This document shows positions 42,541-55,335 of a stretch of DNA of 64,000 nucleotides, piece after piece; the first letter of the stretch is position 1; the number at the start of each line of letters is the position of its first letter. Origin of the DNA: Eledone cirrhosa (taxonomy: Eukaryota). A program made the translations under genes and the position numbers. The notes under the pieces are model-generated. The model ran no database searches, was not told the DNA's origin, and saw only the letters and a program-made list of their open reading frames with translations. The stretch spans positions 148,118,001 through 148,182,000 of the forward strand of contig OZ024742.1 of assembly GCA_964016885.1 (NCBI GenBank). The letters run 5' to 3'.

Positions 42541-43030
42541 ATTTTAAGTTATGGGAACATGTCTCATTCCACTCTCCGTTAATTCCCAAACGAATTGTGA
42601 TAGAGAAGTGCGGGTTCTGTCAGTTATTAGGCGTGAGTGAAGGTATATGTTGGTTGTATCGACTCTTGAAAGTATTCGCAGTGCGTCTTGCATTATTCCT
42701 TTCGATGCCATCCATGGATGATATGCTTGCTTCATACAACATCGCCTTGGAGAAGCATGTTTCTTTAAGTGGGCACCTTTAGAGATTTCTGCAATTGCGA
42801 TTCTCTGTGTATGACTCTCCCTCCCTCCCCCTCTTTCTCTCTCTCGCTATATATATACAGGTGTATGTATATGTGTGTGTGTCAATGCAGGTATGTGTGT
42901 GTACATATTTACTTTTTTATATTCCATTTCTTCTTTCATTTTCTTTTAAACTTGTTCACACTTCATAAATAATGTGTTTTATATGCCTCACCAGTTGCAT
43001 TTGTGGTAATAAATTATCACCACCACCGTC

Positions 43031-43071
<41 letters not shown>

Positions 43072-43169
43072 TATTATTATCCTCTTCGACATCATCATCA
43101 TTATCTCTTTTAACCAAATTTTTGACTAAAGTATCCATAATTGAGAAAACATTTTTACTGATTACGTCA

Positions 43170-44390
43170 TATATTATTCACAACAACAACAACAACAACA
43201 ACAACAACTACTACTACTACTACTGCAGGGACAGAAATGATAATAGTAGCAACAATAATAACATCAATAAGATCAATACCACCAACAACGATGACAAGAA
43301 GAAGAAGAAGAAGAAGAAGAAGAAGAAGAAGAAGAAGAAGAAGAAGAAGAAGAAGAAGAAGAAGAAGAACAACAACAACAACAACAACAACATATAACTC
43401 TCAGAACATCAATTACAACAACGTTGACAGTAACTGCGATCACAAAACTAAAGTTAACGCTGTCAAAGAGTCTCTATGAAGTCACTGGACCGACTAGAAA
43501 TAGCAGTCAGATCTTCATCAAATCATATCTTCTAATCTTAAAGAAAGGAGATATTAGGTGCTTGTGGGGTATAACCCGAGGTTATATTATAATAGAGTAA
43601 AAGATGGTGTGATCATGTCTGAAATACCTTTAAGTATATGTCTCTTCGATCAAGTTTGACCTAGGGTTAAACAACAACAACTATCATAGTAGCAACACCA
43701 TCATCATCAGCAGCAACAATAACAGTAAAGGTAAAAACAATACCAACAACATCAATACCATCACAAGAAACAACCACACCAACCACAACAACATCAATAC
43801 CACCACAAGAAACAACCACAACAACTCTTACAGAAGTCACAACAACTTCATCAACGATGACAGCAATAGAAAAAGCAACAGCCGCAACAACAACTACACC
43901 AACAGCAGCAATAACAACTAGAGTAACAAATATAAGAGCAACAACAGCAACAACAACAACAACAGCAACAGCAACAACAACAGCAACAACAACAACAGCA
44001 GCAACAACGGCAACAACAGCAACTACAACAACAGCAACAACAACAACAGCAGCAACAACAGCAACAACAGCAGCAATAACAAAAACAACAGCAACAACAG
44101 CAACAGCAATAGCAACAACAACAACAACAGCAACAACAACAGCAACAACTACAACAACAGCAGCAACAACAGCAACAACAACAGCAACAACAGCAACAAC
44201 AACAGCAACAACAGCAGCAATAACAAAAACAACAGCAACAACAACAACAGCAATAGCAACAACAACAACAACAACAGCAACTACAACAACAGCAGCAACA
44301 ACAGCAATAACAACTAGAATAACAAATATAACAGCAACAATACAATCAGATTAACACCATCACAACAACAACAATAACAACAACAACAAG
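43170..44390. repeat. CAA/GAA/CAG trinucleotide repeat tracts
   Basis: Visible directly; the source of the poly-Thr/Ala and poly-Cys ORFs. Confidence 0.9.
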
Positions 44391-44414
44391 GACTACGACG
44401 GAGCGTAAAGTTGA

Positions 44415-44770
44415 ATAATTGTTTCTACCATTGGCACAAGGCCAGCAATTATCCAGTGCATTACTGGTACTTTGTTTTATCGATCCCGTAAGGATGAAAG
44501 GCAAAGTTAACCTCGGCGTGATTTGAGCTCAGATCATAAAGAGCCGTAACTCTATGCTCCATAGCATGGCGTCCGACCCTCTACCAGAATAATTGTTTCT
44601 ACTTTAGGCACAAGGCCAGCAATTACTCAGTATATTACTGGTACTTTATTTTATCGACCCCGTAAGGATGAAAGGCAAAGTCAACCTCGGCGGGATTTGA
44701 ACTCAGAATGACAAGGGTCGTAAGTCTATGCGTCAAAGCATGGTGTCAAAGCATGGTGACCCTCTACCAG
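44415..44770 (-). mobile_element. Two tandem Nin/Deu-like SINE copies
   Basis: Same family as 20297-20500; both are truncated at CCCTCTACCAG. Confidence 0.85.
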
Positions 44771-45110
44771 AATAATGATATTCGATCAGCAAATTATATT
44801 TTTTTTTATTTAAGAAATAATTTTAATTGTTGCTGTTGATTTTTGTCTTATTTTCAATAACAATATACCATGATACAGAAAAGGAGAACATTCACGAAAA
44901 TCTGGCTCTTTTCCCTCGTGTATTTTAAAAATCTTTGTGGTTAGGTTTGGCTGGGTGGAGTTCGTTAATTTTTTGTGGGAAGATTTTTATAAAATAATTT
45001 ATATTTACATTTTTTTTACCGTTTTTTTTTATATCGTTGTGTAGTAGTTTATTTTTTATTTTTCATTAGCAGCAAATTTTGGTAATTATTCTGTTGTTGT
45101 TGTGGGAGTG

Positions 45111-45550
45111 TTTTTGTTGCTGTTATATTAGTTTTATCAATTTTTAGTTTAGTGTGTTATAATTTGTTATAGTTTTTGTTGCTGTTATATTAGTTTTATC
45201 ATTTTTTAGTTTAGTGTGTTATAATTTGTTATCGATTTTGTTGCTGTTATATTAGTTTTATCATTTTTTAGTTTAGTGTGTTATAATTTGTTATCGTTTT
45301 TGTTGCTGTTATATTAGTTTTATAATTTTTTAGTTTAGTGTGTTATAATTTGTTATCGTTTTTGTTGCTGTTATATTAGTTTTTATCATCTTTTAGTTTA
45401 GTGTGTTATAATTTGTTATATTTTTGTTGCTCTTATATTAGTTTTATCATTTTTTAGTTTAGTGTGTTATAATTTGTTATCGTTTTTGTTGCTGTTATAT
45501 TAGTGTTATCAATTTTTAGTTTAGTGTGCTATAATTTGTTATCGTTTTTT
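45111..45550. repeat. About 61-bp AT-rich minisatellite, about 7 copies
   Basis: TTTTTGTTGCTGTTATATTAGTTTTATCATTTTTTAGTTTAGTGTGTTATAATTTGTTATCG repeated. Confidence 0.92.
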
Positions 45551-45816
45551 CTTCTATGAATTAGCAGCAGATTTTGTAATTTCACGAATATTTCTAGATC
45601 ATAACAGTGAAATGATTTTTTTCTAATTAAAAAAAAAAAATTAATATATTTATTGTTACCATTATTATTGTTGTTGTTATAATAATAATAATTATTATTA
45701 TTTTATTTAGGTTCTGTGTGTGTGAGGTCTGAAATGAGAGTTAGAGAATAAGAGGAGAGTGGGAAAGATGTAGTGAAAAAGAGGAATATATATCTATATA
45801 TATATCAATACTAATA

Positions 45817-45850
<34 letters not shown>

Positions 45851-45854
<4 letters not shown>

Positions 45855-46031
45855 AACCAGTAAGACCCCGACAGCTGAGCTCAAGCCGTTTCGACGGCTA
45901 AAATTAGCCGTCGAAACGGCTTGAGCTCAGCTGTCGGGGTCTTACTGGTTCCTATTACCCACTCTACTACCTCAAGTATTGAGTACTTTGGTGCGTTATG
46001 GTCCACCTGGTTCCTTACCACATTTCCTTCG

Positions 46032-46033
<2 letters not shown>
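45851..46033 (+). mobile_element. Family-A PLE mini-insertion: about 50-bp perfect foldback plus 3' terminus, in (TA)n
   Basis: 45851-45954 is a palindrome made of the 3' half of the family-A HHR. 45955-46033 matches 7196-7275. Confidence 0.85.
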
Positions 46034-46076
<43 letters not shown>

Positions 46077-47234
46077 TATATATATATATATATATAAATA
46101 TATATATACATAAAGTGAGAGTGAGAGAGAGATGAAGAAAGATAGAATAACCGATAGAGTGCGTGCCAAATTGTAATGTGTGTGTACACGTGTATTGTGT
46201 ATATATATATGTATATATATGTGTGTGTGTGTATGTGTGTGTACCTGTGTGTGTATGTGTGTGTGTATCTGTGTGTGTGTGTGTAATTTCTGCTACCCTA
46301 ACTCTACACACCGATAAAAATAATTGAAATCACTGAAATGGGGAAATCTTTTGCGTGACAAATTAAGATTCATATTGACATTGATGAAAGCGTCGGATGT
46401 CAGGAACTGTTTCATTACTCTCTCTCTGTCTTTTGCCCCCTCTTTATATATATATATATATACATACATACTCATGAATCTTTCACAGGCACTATCTATC
46501 TATCTGTGTGTCTGTCTGTCTATCTATCTGTTTACACACACACACGCGCGCGCACACACACACATTTTTTTCTGTCTCTCTTATTCTCTTTCCTCCAATT
46601 CTCTCTCTCTCTCTTTCTCTTTCATTGCCCATTTTTTTCTTTTACTCTCTTCTCAAGCTCAATTTATCTATCTGTTTTCTCATCTCTCTCTTTCTTCCAA
46701 TTTTACTCCCCCCCCTCTCAACATCTCAATCTCTCCCTGTTACTTTTCACTCTATCTCTAATTATTTTACACTGTTTTTTTTTCTACCATAACATAATTA
46801 CCTCCTTATTCTCTCCCCACCTACACTCTAATTTCATGACAACAAGTTGAGCTACTTGAAATTATCCTAATTTAAATTTCTGAGTTAATGTATTTAAATG
46901 TGCAATGAGTCGACGGCTGCATGTTTCATGCTATAAAACTATTTTGTCATTTTTTTGATATTCATTGATAAACCGAAAGAATTAGACGACGGGGAATGGG
47001 CAGATATGGTAGTGTTGAATTAAATGTCTTACAATATTTTGTTTTGGCATTCTGCCTTCTGGTCTCGTAACAAGTTATGGAGTCTATTTTTCATTTCATC
47101 TATTAAAGAGAGAGAGTGTGTGTGTGTGTGGGGGGGGGGGAAGATAGAGATAGAGAGATAGAGAGAGAGCCTGGTGCTTATCTCCGGTTTCAATTTTCAA
47201 TCCATCGCAGAATTGCTGGTATTCATTTTTAGCT

Positions 47235-47358
47235 GAGTCTACAGGAGCAACGTGAAATGCAGAGTTTGCTCAAGAATGCAACACACCAAGTTGTCCAGGA
47301 ATTGAACTCACGAGATTATGATTGTAAGGCTAACACCTTATCCACTGAGCCATGTGCG
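47235..47358 (-). mobile_element. CORE-like tRNA SINE, diverged copy
   Basis: GAGCAACGTGAAAT..GCTCAAGAA..GGAATTGAACTCAC..CCACTGAGCCATG. Confidence 0.65.
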
Positions 47359-48709
47359 TTGACTTTTTAAAATTAGAATTACATTTTTTTTCTACAAATG
47401 TGTTTAAAAAATCACACGGGAGCTCTACTTTGTTTTTTATTTTTCCAGGGTCAACGAAGTAAGTAACAATCAAATTCTTGGTTAACTTAATCTACTGTAC
47501 CATTCCGACGTGAGAAACAAATAGAGACGCCCTTTCATAGTTCCTCTCTTGCTAGATATTTCTCTACATAAACACTATGGCCTGCTTATCCCTTATTTAT
47601 ACGGATTACACCGAATTATATTTCTAACTGTTTATTGCACTCATATTGAGCAAGACCACTTTGTACACAGAGCCTAAAGTTTTCGTTTTTTTTTTTTGTT
47701 ACTACCTTTCATAGTAGCCACAATAATTTGAAATAGAATCTGAAATGAGAATAAACTAACAGGATTGATATATTAAGACCGATGGGATAAAAAAATATTG
47801 CTAGAACATAATAAAAGCAGCATGCTAGTTACTAGATGCTAATTTCTTAACATTCTCTTTATAATCTTGTATTATTATCATTTCATTATGACACGAATTC
47901 GTGTCTTAGTAAGATTAAATGAAAATGTATTTTTTTCGATAGACAAAAATTCCAGTTCTTTGATGTAAACGTGATGACAAGCTACAAGTAAACGTGATGA
48001 CAAGCTACGAAAATAAACAGCAACACTATCAGCAACGAAATAACAAGTCCTTTCTCAAGATATAAAGTTTTCTTTAAAAAAAAAAAAAATCGGCTCCGTG
48101 ACTACTTCCATTCCTTGTAGCGATTTCATTTCACTTACGTCGCAAATATTCATAATAAACGCATAAATGTCTTACGACCTCATATCCCCTTCTTCGATTC
48201 CGCATAATTATTTACTAATCAGTGAAGAGTAAATGAGTATGTGAGTTTAAAACATGTTGAAGAAGGGATGCCTGCAGGATGTTTGTCTCTCGTCTAATGC
48301 AAACGAAGATAACAAGCACTTTTAGGTACACCTTATTCCAGTATGAACAGTGGCTGGCGGACATAGACCGTAGGGTACCCTAACCAGTGGGTTCTGACCT
48401 GTGTGTAGGTGGGTAACGCTAAATGTTTCTGTGTGTTGGTTTTTAAAAATAATATCTTGTTTTATGGATTATATGTAGTTTTATAGTTAAGTATATATTA
48501 TATGCCATTTTTACACAAATTTTGGAAATGTCTTCTTTGTATGCCGCCCCTGATCAACCTGTGCTGTTTATATATCTTTGTCTTGTTCATCGCCTCAGAT
48601 TTTGTCACCCTCTACTTTCTAACATTTCTCGTAATTGTGTGTAAGAATGAAACTAAATGTAATTGTCCCCAGTGCCTAATTAAATTATTATCATTATTAC
48701 TATTATTAC

Positions 48710-48741
<32 letters not shown>

Positions 48742-49844
48742 AAAGGTCCTGTGTTGTTCATGCAACAAGAAAGGCTTCGTTCTGAAACTGTATGTAATTG
48801 CAGATGCAAAATTTAATTAGAAAAAAAGGGGAAATAATTATTCCGACGTCTTCAGGGAAGATGGAAGCGAAAGACGTGTTTAATAAAAGTATCTAAAAGC
48901 AAATACTGGTAAATAATTAAGGAAACTTTTAAATTAGAAAATTGAATTTAATCCTAAAGAAATGTAGAAAGCCATATAACATAATGAAATACCTGCTCAA
49001 GCAAAACGTGTTGTATGACAAAATGTACAATATATATGTAAAAAAAATAGGTAGAGAAGCTGTTTTAATTTGTAGAAGGAATTTTAACGATCCCATCTTG
49101 TAAGGCCTCAAAACAATCTTCCTATGTATTATCGAGGATCAATATTGAAACTGTGTGCTAGCCTGGATTCAGAGATTTGTCGAAACAGCAGAATAAGCAG
49201 AGCGAAAGGATCTCGCAATGTTTTCCTGACAGTCGGGGATAAAGATTCAGAAATAAGCCTCGGAAAGAAAAGAGTTATGCAAATTTTGAAAAAGAACAAA
49301 ACCAAACCAAAACATAACACATGTGCTAAAGGTGGCTTATTCAAATTAGTCTCAAGGAAGAGAAACAGCAGCAGTTACAAAATAATTAATTCGTCGGGAC
49401 TATAAGTATCAACTTACAAACAATATCATATGCAACAACCAAATCACCGCAAGAAAAGCACTTTCCGAAATCTTATATATATTAATTCCTGTGTTAATAA
49501 GCATCATGAATAATGTTTTGTTTCAGAGGAGATCATGCGTTGTCTATGGTCTCTTGCAAGCTCTTTAAAACACTTATTGTGTGTGTTAACATGAATACTG
49601 ACATATACATGCACAAACACGTACATACGCGCACACACACAAACACGATATTCACTCACAATCTCTCACGCAAATACACGCGCACACACACACATGGATG
49701 AGATGTCACTACTTAAGACTTGTAAGACCATTATTCAACTTAGTACTCTATACTCAAGGAAAACCGACTGTAGATATTATAGAATAGAATGCCCGACTGT
49801 GATGCTTAAGCCGTTTGAAAACGGTTTAAGCATTCTATCATATA

Positions 49845-50875
49845 ATATTAATAATAATGTTTTCTGATTTAGGCACAAGGCCAGCAATTTTGGGGAGGGG
49901 AAAGTCGATTAAATCGACTCCAGTGCGTGACTGGTACTTTATTTTACCGACCCCGTAAGAATGAAAGGCAAAATTAACCTAGGTTGGATTATTATTAATA
50001 ATAATAATTGTTTCTACTTTAGGCACAAGGCCAGCAATTGTAGGAGAGGGGAAAGTCGATTAAATCGACCCTAGTGCGTGACTGGTACTTTATTTTACCG
50101 ACCCCGTAAGGATAAAAGGCAAAACGAACCTCGGTTGGATTACTAATAGTTGTTTCTACTTTTGGCACAAGGCCAGAAATTACCCAGTGCATTACTGGTA
50201 CTTTATTTTATCGACCCCGTAAGGATGAAAGGCAAAGTTAACCTCGCCGGGATTTGAACTCAGAATGAACTCTATGCGTCAACGCATGGCGTCCGACTCT
50301 CTACCGATACTGCCAATCCACAATAATTGTTTCTACTTTAGGCACAAGGCCAGCAATTATCCCAGTGTATTACTGGTACTTTATTTTATCGACCCCGTAA
50401 GGATGAAAGGCAAAGTCAACCTCGGCGGGATTTGAACTCAGATGGTAAAGGGACGTAACCACGCTGGAAAGCATGGCGTCCGACCCTCTACCGATACTGC
50501 CAATCCACCGACCCTCTACCGATACTGCCAATCCACAATAATAATGGTTTCTTATATAGGCACAAGACCAGCAATTTTGGGAGAGGGGAAAGTCGATTAA
50601 ATCGACCCTAGTGCGTGACTGGTACTTTATTTTATCGACCCCGTAAGGATAAAAGGCAAAACTAACCTTGGTTGGATTACTAATAATAATTGTTTCTACT
50701 TTTTGGCACAAGGCCAGCAATTATCCCAGTGTATCACTGGTACTTTATTTTATCGACCCCCGTAAGGATGAAAGGCAAAGTTAACCTCGGCGGGATTTGA
50801 ACTCAGTCCGCAAAGGGACGTAACTGTGCTGGAAAGCATTGCGTCCGACCCTCTACCGATACTGCCAATCCACCA
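49845..50875 (-). mobile_element. Head-to-tail array of six Nin/Deu-like SINE copies
   Basis: Six GGCACAAG.CCAG tails separated by short (AAT)n; two variants, with and without a GGAGAGGGGAAAGTCGATTAAATCGAC segment. Confidence 0.9.
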
Positions 50876-51819
50876 AGGCAATAATAAAACATATATATAT
50901 ATATACCAAAAAATAGACATTCAGAAATTTACTGTTATTTTACTTGGAAACATCTCTAGATGTGTATCTAAACTATAATAAAGGAAGGTCTGCGGGATTG
51001 CGTACGATTTTTTTTTATCCCGTTTGTAAAATAAGTTGGATTACTTTGAATAAATAATGAATGAATATTACATAATTTATCTACTCAATTTCGTAAACAA
51101 AAATAATTTCGTAAAAATAAATAATTTCAAATTGACTTCTTTTCAAAGTTGCACTTCCAGTATATTGTCGCCACCACCACTACTTCAACTACCATATATA
51201 TAGAAAGAGAGAGTGTGTGATGAGAGAGATAGAGAGATTATGACATCTATATGTATGAGTATATAACTATTATGAGTATATAACTATAATCGCGCAAACA
51301 CAAACTTATAAAAATACACACTCACGGACATAATTCACACAAATACACATACTTTCACACAAACATACATACATTCACACATACTTTCACACAAACATAC
51401 ATACATTTACACACACTTTCACACAAACATACATACATTCACACATACACATTTACACAAACATACATACATTCACACATACATACATTTACACAAGCAC
51501 ACACATACAGTCATGATAACGTTCGGTGAATTGGAGATGGCAGGGTAAAACAAGTATAACGTTTTATTTATTTATTAACTCTTTATTTATTTATTAACAT
51601 TTAAAAAAATCTCATTTAATGTAATGGTTACAGAACGAAAACACGAACAAATATAATATATACAAAGGAAAGGGAAAGGAAAAAAAAAAAGAAGAAAAAT
51701 ACACAAGCACGTAATACCCACATCTTATACCCCATAGAACAAAATGCAGACGAAAGGGGTGGAAAAACGAGCCGCTACCAGAGCAAAAGATAGTAATATA
51801 GCGATGAGCACTGGGAAAC

Positions 51820-52272
51820 CTCTCTAATAATTTTTGTGGCAGGCCAACACGCTCGCAGCGTTACCTGGGGTGATGGCGAGGCTGAGGTGCTGGAACAACC
51901 AAGTGCCCTCACGAGCATCACCAGTTACCTCTGTTTGGCGAGCCGCCAGTGAAGATAGGAACCTCGCTGTCAGTAGCCCGACTCCCCCAAACGTCTCGAA
52001 CGCCACAGGCTGGATAATGTATTTAGCTGACAGAACACGGTATTTTAGGATTTTGTTCCGTTCAGCTGCGGAAGCTGTAGCTCTTGCTCTTACCTCTGCA
52101 TCCAGAATGTGGGAAGAAGCAAAAGAGTCACTAACTGTGACGTCCCAGGTAAGGCACCTGCCTCCTGACCAGGAGCACAGAGTAAGAGCGTCAAGTTTCT
52201 CATCAATGCAGGACAACGCAGACGGTTCCAAAATTGAGGGGATGTTTGCCCGGGCCAAAGCTCTTGAGTGGT
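51820..52272 (-). pseudogene. CRE-like RLE 3' fragment
   Basis: ILEP..L, LTWDVTV.D, AE..K..KY, PVAFETFG, FQHLSLA...GNAA. Confidence 0.8.
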
Positions 52273-52429
52273 AATAGGACAGTGTGTGTATGTGCACGCG
52301 CGTGAGTTTGTCGGCGTTCTTAAATTAGAGACACTGTTTTTAAGTTAGAGACATATATGTGTGTATCCCTTTCCTTCCTTTTACACACACATACATTCAC
52401 ACAAACACACATACACATTGCGTGATGGA

Positions 52430-53065
52430 CGGGTGGACAGAAGTCCCTCAAATGTATATACATGTGAATGGAGTTCTACTGAAGCAGTTAGAGAGGTTCA
52501 AGTATCTTGGAGCCCTGTTCATGAGTGATGGAATGCAGGAGGCTGAATTAAGTGCAAGAATTTCAAAAGCTGATGCAGTAAAGCGCCAGCCTCAGCAATC
52601 AGATGAAGAGGGGTAAGTGTAAAAGCCAAACTCACTGTCTTCCTGGTATTCCTGCCAACTCTTACCGAGGATTATAAATCTTGAGTAATGACCAAAAGAA
52701 TACAATTGCAAATAAATGTGGCAGAAATGGGATTCCTCCGAAGGGTTTTTGGAGTAACGTTACTCGATAAAGTGCATAACTCAGAGACCAGAGAGTCACT
52801 CCTGGTAGAGCCGCTACTTCTCCGAATTGAGAGACCACAACTCCGATATTATGAGCATGTGGCTAGAATGTCTCAGTAAAGAATCGCTGGACACAAGAGA
52901 CCTATAGCTAGACCCTGAGCAAGATAGTTGGATAACATCCATGAGTTTGGCTGGTCACGCTTTGGGATCCAGCTGGATCAGTTAGAGATGTTTGCTACTG
53001 ACAGACTCGCTGGAAGGAGTGTTTGAGAAGGACTCTGCCCCCACGACCCCCTCAGAAATAAGTGG
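52430..53065 (+). pseudogene. RTE-clade LINE 3' fragment
   Basis: ERFKYLG..E..ARI.KA, EMGFLRR..GVTLLDKV.N..RE.L.VEPLLL.IER.QLR. Confidence 0.8.
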
Positions 53066-54137
53066 GTGAAGAAGATATTGTCAATTTACTTTTCAATTTA
53101 CATATATCTATATGCATATATATATTTGCGTATAATGCCAATATGCACACTACATATGCTAGCAGAAACCGCCCGGGGCGGTTTTTCTGCTAGTATATAT
53201 AATTGGGCATATATATGTGTATTTACGCAAGAAAATGGTTTTCTTATCTTAAACCTTCGATATTCGAACTCACCATCGTCGCTCCTACTGTGTAGACGGG
53301 ACCAGTTGTAATTCTCGGAGACCTTTGTTTGCGTTCTATGTTGCTGTTCAGTCTAGGTTCGTGCTTAATAGCTGCCTTGTCTTGGTTTTGATATATTGGT
53401 CTATATTTTGACATCTTAAGAGACCATGATTGAGAGGCACCACTTCTTTAAAGGGAAAGACGAGGTGAGTACAAACAGTAGCAATACTCGATAACGGGTC
53501 GACAGCCTTCACACACACACACACAAAACGCACACCCTCAGGCCCAAAACGCTCCATACACAAATTTTCAATTTAGTGACGGTTTTTAAATGAAAACCAT
53601 TTTTAATTATCATGTTTTTTCTAAATTCTCTTCGGACTTGTATGATTTGAACACCAGAAATTTATAATCTATGAAAAAATATTTTAATTTAAACATTTTA
53701 ATTAAAATCCCAACAGAAACATTACGGTTATTATATTTACAGAGCCAAAAGATTTTGTTTGTGTATATACATGTATTGCATTTTTTCATTTGAAATCTCT
53801 ATATATTTTGTTTCTATTTCAATGTATTGTTTCACTTACTGTAAATTTAATTTGCTGAGGTTTCATTTTCCATTTATTAATGATGAAAATTTAATTACAA
53901 ATACAAAAAAAAAAAAAAAAAATTGTACTGCAGCTGTAAATCTTCAAGGCCTAACCAGTTTCTTTTTAAATAATAAAAACTTGTTTAAGCAATTATTCAC
54001 CTTTATTTCACAGATACTAAAACTGATTTTCAAACTATAATAATCCAAATTGGTGTAGTTTAGAAACATCCCACATAAAACAAATAAGTGTCTATATATA
54101 TATATATATATATAGATATATACGCACACTCACGCAC

Positions 54138-54270
<133 letters not shown>

Positions 54271-54421
54271 GTTTTCACCTGCTTATAGTGGGGCTGATAA
54301 CGTTAAACTCAATGTGGCCTTGAAGAGATGGTTCCAGCGAGATTAGGCGGTGAATGCTATAGTTTTTGTGGTAGGTGTTCATCGCGCATGGTTTCCTCAA
54401 ACAACCTGCTCAAGTTACAGA

Positions 54422-54463
<42 letters not shown>

Positions 54464-54464
<1 letters not shown>

Positions 54465-54774
54465 TAGCTGACGTACCCGGCTTCGCCCGGGTAAACAGAA
54501 GATAAGAGAAGACAGGTAAAAGAGAAAATGACTGTATTGGATGTTTATCTGGTTACAGTATGAGGCGAGTCCGTGGTGTCTGTTTGATACAAAAAACAGT
54601 AAAAAACACAACGTGTTTCTCTCTCTTTCCCCTCCCACTCCCTCATTGGCATTATGCATATTAATTTAAGTTTGGCGTCGTTGAGGTGGGCGGAGTCGTT
54701 TAAAACCTATGAACCAATGATAATCGAGAATTATGACACACGGAATACTGACATTGTTCAAATTAATATATAGA
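54464..54774 (-). mobile_element. Short non-autonomous Helitron
   Basis: Minus strand: A|TCTATATA at the 5' end, hairpin ACCCGGGCGAAGCCGGGT, 3' CTAG|T. Confidence 0.8.
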
Positions 54775-55199
54775 TATGTATATGTGTGTATTGAACAATT
54801 AAAATAAAACAAAATATTACAATCGTTTTAGAGGGTTGCTTGATCATGGTAGGTCCCTATAGCGATTAGCAGGTACTGGTTATGTCGCTACCTATTTGTT
54901 GTCTCGAAATCCTCGATCTGTTATTATTGTTGTTAGTATTATTGACTTCATTGAGGGTCCGTGTGTAACAGTAGAAGGGCTATATTGTTCATTATGCGGT
55001 ACTGTAGCTATTTTAGTTGCGTTAGTATTAGTATTAGCAGTGGTATCGTTGTTTACCAGGTTCTGCATGTTAATGGGATCTAGTGTGTGTTCTGTGCCAA
55101 CTGTTAAAGGATGAATCTGTTCTAAACTATTCTTAAGCTTTGAGATGTTAGATGCGTTTATTCTCATTTGTAGATTAGATGGTAGAGTATGAATAACAG

Positions 55200-55335
55200 C
55201 AGTAATAATTGTTTCTACTTTTGGCACAAGGCCAGCAATTACCCCAGTGCAGTACTGGTACTTTATTTTATCAACCCTGTAAGGATGAAAGGCAAAGTTA
55301 ACCTCGGCGGGATTTGAACTCAGAACGTAAAGGAC
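55200..55335 (-). mobile_element. Nin/Deu-like SINE, 5'-truncated
   Basis: Family consensus tail and B box. Confidence 0.85.

Noticed and set aside
43851-44354. Cys-rich and mucin-like Thr/Ala ORFs
   Set aside because: Degenerate (CAA/CAG)n repeat with no supporting exon evidence.
49740-49845. Hairpin resembling family-A HHR helix III
   Set aside because: Too short and diverged, and the core is absent; probably a pLTR remnant.
54316-54420. TTGAAGA followed by a long stem and AAAAC
   Set aside because: G12 is missing and helices I and III do not close.
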